Shown here: positions 53,796-64,000 of the stretch, one piece after another | Layout: the number at the start of each line of letters is the position of its first letter | How positions within the stretch are numbered: the stretch's first letter is position 1 | Assembly (NCBI GenBank): GCA_951406725.2 | Contig: OX597816.1 | Coordinates: 66,774,001-66,838,000, forward strand | Length of the DNA stretch: 64,000 nt | Reading direction: 5' to 3' | DNA from: Octopus vulgaris | Lineage: Eukaryota | Program-made: the position numbers and the translations under genes | The notes under the pieces: model-generated | Seen by the model: the letters and a program-made list of their open reading frames with translations, nothing else | What the model was told of the DNA's origin: nothing | Database searches by the model: none

Positions 53796-53797
<2 letters not shown>
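53369..53797 (+). mobile_element. 5'-truncated R4/Dong LINE (restriction-like endonuclease domain) inserted in (TAA)n
   Basis: ..RLDIV..CLIIDVAV..EREKVDKY..IPTVIGVLG..LQKSALLGTAH is the RLE motif; (TAA)n on both sides matches known Dong target specificity. Confidence 0.88.
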
Positions 53798-53839
<42 letters not shown>

Positions 53840-53856
53840 TAATAATAATAATAATG

Positions 53857-53910
<54 letters not shown>

Positions 53911-53925
53911 GTAATAATAATATTA

Positions 53926-54323
53926 ACCAGTTGAGCATGTCCCTTAGTGGCTGACGATGTGTGCATCTCTGATCACGAGCAGAAGTAGTGGGGGAGCATC
54001 GTAGCCATGTGTTGAGAGGGATTCTTTGGGGTTTGAATAATTCACCTCTGGAAACTTAGGTGTTTCATTCAATATCCTTAAACAACCCTTATTTAGGGAC
54101 CTTTTTGTTCGGGATGGGCTACTTGGCCTAAAAGAAATTCTAACTGAGCCCCACCTGCAAGGTCATGCGCTGTTTATCTTGATATGAGATCACCATGTTG
54201 CGTACATTTGGTTGTGATACATGTGCCTGGTGTACCCTTATCAGATGGGTAGCCATGATGGGTATACTGGGCTTTGTATATTTACCCCTTTGATGGCATG
54301 CTCTGCTCTCTCACTCAATAATA
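53926..54323 (+). mobile_element. Non-autonomous (TAA)n-associated element, 5'-truncated
   Basis: Same family as 43254-43747; ends CTCTCTCACTC-AATAATAA. Confidence 0.7.
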
Positions 54324-54825
54324 ACAGTTTTGTAGTGAGACTTAGAATTGAAACCTCACAACCCTGATCATTGCGTCTGGTCCACATTTGGGTCAGGTGA
54401 CATGCCCTGATAATTTACCATTCAGCTTACAGTGATGTCATGCCATATAGAACTTAATTGAATGTTCTATGACATTCTTGCATGCTTTTCTTTGTATTCA
54501 AGCAAAAGCTCACCAGGAGCAATGGCAGTGTTTTGACATTCCCACCAGGGAACTCACATTCTCATCTCTTGCTACAAGCAAGCCAGAGCACAGCCTAGTA
54601 TAGTAGAAACAATGTAAAGTTTTCCATTGCTGTATCCAGTTAGAAATGAGAGGAACTCTTCTACACTATTACTTAAGTCCAACTCTTTTCTGCATCTCAA
54701 GCTTTATTAGTCATTTCTATGTTCAATACTCATCTCCTGCATTCCCTACCAGCAGTTATTGGATGGAAATTTATATTTAGTTTTTCAATAAATCTTATAA
54801 TAAAATGTACAATTATGTCTGTGTC

Positions 54826-55039
54826 TCTTTTACTCCCTTTTACTTGTTTCAGTCATTTGACTGTGGCCATGTTAGAGCATCGCTTTTAGTCGAGCAAATC
54901 GACCCCAGGACTTATTCTTTGTAAGCCTAGTACTTATTCTATTGGTCTCTTTTGCCGAACCGCTAAGTTACGGGGACGTAAACACACCACCATCGGTTGT
55001 CAAGCGATGTTGGGGAGACAAACACAGACACAAACATAT

Positions 55040-55074
<35 letters not shown>

Positions 55075-55075
55075 C

Positions 55076-55122
<47 letters not shown>

Positions 55123-55126
55123 TACG
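54826..55126 (-). mobile_element. SINE family A 3' half
   Basis: Tail and body match. Confidence 0.8.
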
Positions 55127-55210
55127 ATGTGTGTGTGAGTGTGCATGTGTGTGTATGCTAGTGTATGTATATGTGTCTACATTTAAAATATTAATACATA
55201 CTTCCATATA

Positions 55211-56486
55211 TGAGGGGTGTTCATTAAAGATTTCCCCTGACCCACCTCCCTAGGAATGGGATAAACACAACTTGGCATAATTATTAGTCCTTTCCTACAT
55301 AGCCACCACCAATAGTGACACACTTCTCCCATCACTTTATGCAGCTGTGAAGACCTCGTCTGTAGAAGTTGGTAGGTTGTGTCTGGAGCCAAGGCTTTAC
55401 CTTGGAAATAAGTTCATCATCATCTGAAAAGCACTTCCTCTCCAAAAGAGACCTCATGGTTGGAAAGAGGTGGAAGTCAGATGGTGCAAGGCTGGGAGAG
55501 TAAAGGGAATGAAGAAGGATTTCATGGCTGCAGGTGTCTACTTTCTTTTGGGCACAATACACATTGTGAACTGGGGCGCTGTCTTGGAGGAGGTGAACTC
55601 CTTTGGTTAGCATGGTGTCCCTCTCTGCTTTTATGGCATCCTGAAATTTCTGCAGCAGAGAAGCATAATATGCCCCATTAACTGTGGTACTCTTTGACAG
55701 CAAAATCCATCATCACTACTCTACACTGGTCCCAAAAGACTGTGAGCATCACTTTGCCTGTTGAGGGTTGGAGATGAGCCTTGTTTGGAGGTGGTGAGCT
55801 ATCATGCTTCCATTGCTTTAGTGACAGGATTATAGCAATGAACCCATGTTTCATCCTGTGTGATAAGTCTGCCAAAAAAGTCCTCCTTGTTTTCTTGGCA
55901 TACTGCCAAAAGAACCTGGGAGCAATTGACTCATTCCTGCTTCTGTAAAGGTGTGAGCATCTGGGGAATCCATCGTGCAGACAACTTCCGCATGTGCAAA
56001 TGGTCGTAAATGATTTTTTTCCACACTTATCTTCACTTCTTTGGTTAGTTGCCGAATAGTTATGCAGCAATCCTCCAAAATGGCAGCTTCCACTCTATGG
56101 GTGGTGTCGTCATCAATGGCAGAATGTGGTTGTCTAGGAATAGGAGCAGTTTTCACTGATATCCGATCACATTTGAACTGGTGATGCCAGTGCTTAATTA
56201 TGTCGTATGATGGTGCATTGTCACCGTAAACTGTTTTCATCTCATTGAAAGTCTCTTTTGGTGTATGACCTTTCAAGTATAAGTACCTGATCACTGATCT
56301 GCATTCAACTGCCTCCATTATAATACGGTTATCCACTTCAGCAGCTGTAAAAGGCAAATGAATACTAGAGGAAAGTTACAATTTACAATGGGACATGTAG
56401 AGACATGTATGATTATACCTGTATGAGTTTCATTTCCTGCAATAACCAGAAGTGGGTCAGGGTAAATCTTTAATGAATATCCATTG
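55211..56486 (-). mobile_element. Full-length defective mariner (irritans-like), ~1.28 kb
   Basis: ~38-bp imperfect TIRs (..TTCATTAAAGATTT(A/C)CCCTGACCCAC..), TA TSD; frameshifted transposase MEAVECRSVIRYLYLKG.., KVMLTVFWD, LLQDSAPVH, YSPSLAPSDFHLF. Confidence 0.92.
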
Positions 56487-56589
56487 TATTGTTTAATGTC
56501 TCTCATTCCTCCTTTCTTATTGTTGTATCTCTTCAAGCCCTTGTGGATAATGAAAAATATCATCATTATTAATATTATTCGCCTGTTGT

Positions 56590-57280
56590 CAGGTGCTCAC
56601 AGCTTTCTACCAGTTGGGCAATGGGATCAGTGGATGTTCCGCTTTAGCAATTTATAGAGGATTAGCAGCAGGGAAATGCAATCATGTTCTCAGGGAGACT
56701 CTGGGCATCGACAAAAACAAACTGGCTGGTCTGTTCCAGAAGACTTTCCAGTCAGGAATTATTATGGATAATTTCCAGATGTCCTTGTCCTGACAGTGCA
56801 ACAGTGGGGCATTACCTGTTCTAGAGGCACAGATGTGCTGTTAGACAGGCTTGTCTGAGGTGCGCGCAATGTAACAAAGCCATTCTGTATACACTCGTTC
56901 AGTGTTCAGGCATTGCCTTCACATGTGGAATGGATCCATAATGATGATTGCTCTGCCACCCTCCTTTAATTGGGCAGGCAAGGCAATTTTCCTTTGCCTG
57001 GTGGCTGTGGTGAAAGAGGTTATCTGGTGGACGAGGCTGAGGTCTCATTGACTTCAAGTCTCACTTGTAAAAGAAATTGAGGGTGGAGAGAGAAGTACTG
57101 TCCTTGAGTGAGTTTATTGAAAGTTGGGTGAAAGTTGCAAAAATGGTAAGAGTGGATGGTACCTCTCTAAGTGTAAACCTGTGAATCAGAGAAAGGGAAT
57201 TTGCCTTTGGTGTTCAGGGAGATCTTGGACAGTGGGGTTTCTCAATTATCCTTGGAGGTCATCCTATATAGGAGGACTAC
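56590..57280 (-). mobile_element. Possible degraded Penelope-like element
   Basis: Minus strand ..KEGGRAIIIMD.. resembles the PLE DKGGAIVIMD motif; otherwise decayed. Confidence 0.3.
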
Positions 57281-57798
57281 ATTTCTAACATCTCCTCACT
57301 TTTTTTTTTTAACCTTTGTATACTATGTATATTTCCCTTCCTTTTCATTGTCTACCATGTATACTTACTCTTTTCTTTTGTTATTTATTTATTTTATCGT
57401 TTCATTACATGTAAACGCCCACACTTTATATCTGTCTTTGTATTGTCCTGCTCATGCTTTGCCCTGGTGGCAAATAAATTAAACCATCATCATCATCATT
57501 GTTATTGTTATTATTATTTGACTTTGATTTTTAATCTAAAGCTGAGTGAAAAATTAAGACTTTTCTGAGTACTTTTCTTGTTAGCTGACATTCATTACAA
57601 AATCTTGGTGAGAAATGTCTTTTTTAAACAAAAGCCTCAGCTACTACACAAAAACACACACAAAAAATCAAATGAAAAGAAAAATGACAAGAATATTGTC
57701 AAGCAGGATGCAAATATAATGAAAAAACAAAATTAATAATAATGGCATTTCTGTGGTTTTTTGACACAAATACATGTCATTTTAATGACTTAACTTAA

Positions 57799-58018
57799 CC
57801 CTTTTGTTACCAACCTGGCGAAAACCGGTTCTGTCTCTGAGTACAAATGTCTTGTTTTCATAAGTTTGGAATTAAAATCTTCCACCAAACCTCAGCTAAA
57901 ATTTATGTTCCTAGCACTAGCTTAATGATAACTAAGTTATTTTACTAAATTCTTTGTTATATTTAAAGTAATTGAAAGAAACACAGAGCATCTCAAAATA
58001 AATACAGTAACGAAAGGG
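57799..58018. mobile_element. piggyBac-type MITE (second copy)
   Basis: TTAA TSDs; same internal sequence as 51356. Confidence 0.85.
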
Positions 58019-58997
58019 TTAAACCCTTGCAATAATGATCCTTTCTACTATAGGCACAAGGCTTGAAATTTATGTGATTACATCAACCCCAGTGCACAAC
58101 TGGTACTTATTTCATTGACCCACCCTCACCAAGGATAAAAGGCAAAGTTGATCTTTATGGAACTTGAATTCAAAATGTAAAGACAAATGAAATGCTGCTA
58201 AGTATTTTGTTTGGCCTGCTAACAGTCTTGCCAGCTGACTACCTTAACACAATAAAAATGGCAAGAATATGCAGCCTTGCATTCACACCATTGCAAATAT
58301 TTTGTCCAATAAGGAAGTTTGAGTTGTAGATAAAGTTTAGTTTATAAGAGAAATAGGTGTAGTAGAAGTGTGGCACAAGGGACCCTATTTCCTTTTCCAA
58401 GGAAATTGTCCAAGAGGAAGCAAGGAGAAAGTTGACATTCCACTGTCTCATGAAGTGTAGTGGGCATTTTGTATGACCTGTAAAGGTGAATTGAAGGACG
58501 TTTTTGCCAATGTGTGGGCTGATATCCTGTACATCTGGTTAGGCAGGGTGTTTGATAGTATCTGCTTGGTTTTTGTGACCAAGAACAAGGCAAAATGGCA
58601 AGCAAAAAAAAAATAAATAAAAGCAAACTAATTTTAGCACGTTAAAAATTTACTTTTCAAAGTTAATGTACAAACTTTCTTCTTTGAAGACATGTGAAAT
58701 AAAAAAAAATCCCTTATTTGAAAAACAGGTAAAGATTAGCAACATAATGAACAGCCAGCTGCAAAACAATGCCTCAATAATATGCATTCATTAAACCCAT
58801 ACTAGCATAAAAAAATAGCCATGAAATTGACAAAACAACATAAGGGGCAAACAAATGAATAAGCTAAGGGGAAGATAAGTTTAATCTGTATTTGCAGGCT
58901 AAGATAAAGAATTATGAATATTTTTTTGTCCATTTTTCTATATTTATAATTCTTTCTTAATTGATCTGTGTTTTGTAGGCTATATATATATGTTAAT

Positions 58998-59300
58998 GTG
59001 GAGGCGCAGTGGCCCAGTGGTTAGGGCAGTGGACTCGCGGTTGGAGGATTGCGGTTTCGATTCCCAGACCGAGCATTGTGTGTGTTTATTGAGTGAAAAC
59101 GCCTAAAGCTCCATGAGGTTCCGGCAGAGGGCGGTGGTGACCCCCGTTGTACTCTTTCGCCACAACTTTCTCTCACCCTCTCTTCTTGTTTCTTGAGTAA
59201 CACTGCGATGGACTAGTGTCCTGTATAGCTGAGGGGAACACATATGCTACAGAAACCAGGAAACCGGGCCCTTGAGTCTGGCTAGGCTTGAAAAGGGCAA
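58998..59300 (+). mobile_element. SINE family B
   Basis: TSD TATATATGTTAAT. Confidence 0.85.
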
Positions 59301-59695
59301 CGTTTATTGTTATCATTATATATATGTTAATATTCAAACTGAGAGAGAAATTTTAAGTAATTAATTTTTTTTTTAACTGTGTGTACAGTAATATGTACAT
59401 CACTCATTAACTTATTTACCAAAAATAACAGACAGAAAATAATTGACAAAGTGTGGAAATCCAATGAGTTGTTATATATATGAAATAAATAATGCATGGA
59501 ATTCATGTAATTGCAATAAATAGATTTTACACATTCCAATCATCTATAAGTCAAAACAAAAAACACAAAAACTTTCTCTATAAAAAACAAAATCAGATAA
59601 AATAATAAATGTGCCTACTTATATACATACACACAAACATGCATACGTACATACATACACACATATGTGTGTGTATATATATGTATATAAAATAT

Positions 59696-59821
59696 ATTAG
59701 GTTGGCAACTAAGTTCCCGCCGTTTTTTTAAATTAAAAATTTTTTAAAAGGTTTAATAAAAAATAACAACTAATTAATCAATAATGTATTCACTCTTGTT
59801 GTTTACAACTTCTTCCCAATG

Positions 59822-59823
<2 letters not shown>
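59696..59823 (-). mobile_element. Mariner 3' end fragment
   Basis: TIR TTAGGTTGGCAACTAAG; ..WEEVVNNKSEYIID*. Confidence 0.6.
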
Positions 59824-59860
<37 letters not shown>

Positions 59861-61225
59861 CATATATACAACGGGCTTCTTTCAGTTTCCGTCTATCAAA
59901 TCCACTCACAAGGCTTTGGTCGGCCCGAGGCTATAGTAGAAGACACTTGCCCAAGGTGTCACGCAGTGGGACTGAACCCAGAACCATGTGGTTGGTAAGC
60001 AAGCTACTTACCCATGTATATAGCTTATAAGCAACTATGTCTATTCTGTGTGAAGCCCTATAAAATTTATGAACATTAATATCCCAATTTATATACAACC
60101 CAAATATCCATATGATGTTAATGAAATAAAACTGTTAAGTTCCCATCTCCTGACCCCTCTCTCTTTGTTATCCTCTTATCTATCACCCACTTTTTCACAA
60201 CTGTACCATGCTGACTGTGTAATGGAGCATGGTATAAGATCTGTCAGTAATCAATTCTCACAACCATTACCCATTTTTATTGCCAGCCATCACTCTCTCT
60301 CTCTCTCTTCCTCCCTCATTTGTCCCTCTCTTGTCACCAATCAATAATATCCATCACTCAATCTCTCTTATCAATACTCATCTTTATAGCTATCCTGCAC
60401 TCTTTCTTTCTTTCTCTCTCCCTCTCAATATTCCTCTTCTATTCCTGATTGCTGACATACACTCTCTTCCCTCTCACTTCCATTACTCTCTTCCAGCTCC
60501 TTGTCTCCTCCCTGTCACTTTCTCTTTCCCCATCACATCACTCATGCTGTTTTCTATTCAATCTTTTTACAACTCTTTTCCTTTACTCCATTCTCTAAAC
60601 CTTCGCAATACCTATTACTCTGATTTTTCCATCTCACACACACTCTCTCTCTCTCTCTCCCTCTTTTCTCTCTCTTTCTTTCTCCCCCCTCTCTCTCTCA
60701 CTCATCACCTGTTTACCTTCTTTCTTTATCCTGTTCTTCCTTTTGTACCCTAGTTCTCTCTCTTCAACAATTCTCTCACATCCTGGTTCTCTTTCTTCTG
60801 TTTATCCTCTTGGTCATTTTGCCTTAAAAGAGCAGAGAAAAAAACAAGGTAGAGAGGACTCTTTAATCCTATCAAAAATAAGACAACATCTCTAGCAAAC
60901 TGTAAAGGAGTTTGAGCCTTTGAAATCATACCATAAGTGGCACGTACAAGTAGGAAGTTTTTCACAGGTTGTGTAGAAGGGCAATAACTCTGAATAAGAA
61001 CTGGTCCAAACCATAACCATTCATCAAACCCATGCTGGTATAGAAAGTAGATGTAAAATGATGATGTTGAAATATAAATTTCCTCTAATTTTGCATGTGT
61101 GTAATAATGAGAGGGAGAGATGAAATAAAGAAAAAAGAAGAAAGAACAAGAACATTTTTATTACATGCATAAGAATGTCTTTACATACATCTAAATATAT
61201 TAGTGTTTGTGTGTGTGCATTTGTA

Positions 61226-61443
61226 TTCTTTTACTTTTTTATTTGTTTCAGTCATTTGACTGTGGCCATGCTGGAGCACTGCCTTTAGTCAAACAAATCG
61301 ACTCCAGGACTTATTCTTTGTAAGCCTAGTACTTATTTCATTGGTCTCTTTTGCTGAACCGCTAATTTACAGGTACATAAGCACACCAGCATCAGTTGTC
61401 AAGTGATACTGGGGAGACAAACACAGACACACAAGCATATACA

Positions 61444-61445
<2 letters not shown>
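61226..61445 (-). mobile_element. SINE family A 3' half; its internal (TA)n abuts the RTE insertion
   Basis: Tail and body match. Confidence 0.75.
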
Positions 61446-61512
<67 letters not shown>

Positions 61513-61516
<4 letters not shown>

Positions 61517-62779
61517 GATAGTTTTTGTATGTGGCAGATGCTCTGGAGCATTGACCTCCGAAAATCTGCAGAAAACAACTTCCGTCACTTTCCGGGGGAA
61601 AAACTAGAAGTAGTTGATAGCTTCCGCTATCTAGGTGACCAAGTCAGTAGTGGGGGTGGGTGCGCTGAAAGTGTAACTGCTAGAATAAGAATAGCCTGGG
61701 CAAAGTTTAGGGAGCTCTTACCTCTGCTGGTGACTAAAGGCCTCTCGCTCAGAGTAAAAGGCAGACTGTATGATGCATGTGTACGAACAGCTATGCTACA
61801 TGGCAGTGAAACATGGGCCGTAACTGCTGAGGACATGCGTAAGCTCGTGAGGAACGAAGCCAGTATGCTCCGATGGATGTGTAATGTCAGTGTACTTACT
61901 CGACAGAGCGTTAGTACCTAGAGAGAAATGTTGTACCTAAGAAGCATCAGTTGTGGTGTGCAAGAGAGACGATTGCACTGGTATGGTCATGTGGCGAGAA
62001 TGGATGAAGATAGGTGTGTGAGAAAGTGCCAATCCCTAGCAGTTGAGGGAACCCGTGGAAGAGGTAGACCCAGGAAAACCTGGGACGAGGTGGTGAAGCA
62101 CGACCTTCGGACGTTAGGTCTCACCATGGAAATGACTAGAGACCGAGACCTATGGAAGTATGCTGTGCGTGAGAAGACCTGGCAAGACTAGTGAAGCCAT
62201 AATCCGTGGCCCCTACCTGGGACGTAGTCAGTCCACCTGTGCATACCTTCCTTCTTGTGACACTTGTGAAAACCTGTTGAGGCAAGTGAGAATCGAATCG
62301 AATCGAATCAAATCAAATCAAATTGAACCAAATCAAAATAGATGAACATCAATGGAATTTGTATCCTTGTGGTACCAGTGCCGGTGGCACATAAGAAAAC
62401 CATCCGAACGTGACCGTAGCCAGTACCGCAACGACTGGCCTCCGTGCTGAGGGCACGTAACAAACACCATCGTCTGGCACCTGTGTCGTGACACATAAGA
62501 AAACACCATCCGAGCGTGGCCGTCAGCCAGCCTCGTCTGGCACCTGTGTCGGTGGCACATAAAAAACACCATCCGAGCGTGGCCGTCTGCCAGCCTCGTC
62601 TGGCACCTGTGTCGGTGGCACATAAAATCAACCACTACACTCTTGGAGTGGTTGGCGTTAGGAAGGGCATCCAGCTGTAGAAAGACTGCCAGATCTGACT
62701 GGCCTGGTGCAGCCTTCGGGCTTGCCAGACCCCAGTTGAACCGTCCAACCCATGCTAGCATGGAAAGCGGACGTTAAAC

Positions 62780-62811
<32 letters not shown>
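61513..62811 (+). mobile_element. Young 5'-truncated RTE LINE: ORF2 C-terminus, VNTR 3' UTR, (GAT)n tail
   Basis: ..FVCGRC.. (frameshift) LEVVDSFRYLGDQ..MLHGSETW..RLHWYGHV..RGRGRPRKTW; stop near 61919; (TA)n on both sides. Confidence 0.92.
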
Positions 62812-62845
<34 letters not shown>

Positions 62846-62848
<3 letters not shown>

Positions 62849-63032
62849 TACCGTTGGTGATTCTTTTTCCTCTGTCTTCCCTTCTCTGGATCTTTCCTTC
62901 TCCTATGTTTCCGACGAAGAGCTCCGCTCGAAACGTTAAACCCTCCTTCTTTCCTGAGCATCCAATAATACTATATTTGTTCCACGTCCTCGCGTTGTTG
63001 TGTTTTTTTGTGCTTTCTTGTTTGGATTAACT
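62846..63032 (+). mobile_element. Penelope-like terminal fragment in (TA)n with minimal hammerhead fold (62907-62941)
   Basis: GTTT-CCGACGA-A-GAGC-TCC-GCTC-GAAA-CG-TT-AAAC. Confidence 0.6.
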
Positions 63033-63147
63033 TTATATATATATATATATATATATATCTGCTGCAATTTTTGCAACTTGTAATAAAGCCTGTCTTTGTA
63101 TGAAACAATTGTACTAAAAACCAATCCATTCTTGTTGCTTCTTTCTC

Positions 63148-64000
<853 letters not shown>

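Noticed and set aside
58239-58626. Minus-strand ORFs with a signal-peptide-like start
   Set aside because: No recognisable domain; more likely a very decayed retroelement, too weak to call.

Overview
AT-rich, microsatellite- and transposon-dense animal genomic DNA, very probably an octopus (inferred from the tRNA-SINE set, RTE LINEs with (GAT)n tails, Dong/R4 and mariner remnants). The only host gene I recognise is VGLL4/Tgi (Hippo pathway TEAD co-repressor) on the minus strand. Its first coding exon (METPLDVLSRAASLVETN, 30279-30225, GTAAGT donor) lies in a visibly CpG-retaining block (~23.5-31.8 kb), so 1-30224 is probably a >30 kb first intron and 31-64 kb is upstream sequence. Almost all track ORFs are microsatellite or repeat artefacts. 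The most interesting signals are in the repeats: (1) several families of short Penelope/retrozyme-like inserts next to (TA)n, each with a minimal hammerhead fold, one with a G3:C8 swapped core; (2) an RTE LINE family with a C4HC3 PHD finger inserted into the RT region, a hairpin VNTR in its 3' UTR and an apparent preference for (TA)n; (3) a cluster of rolling-circle elements with a CTAG|TC head-to-tail junction; (4) several perfect foldback palindromes and inversions. All coordinates and alignments were read by eye; nothing was computed or searched.
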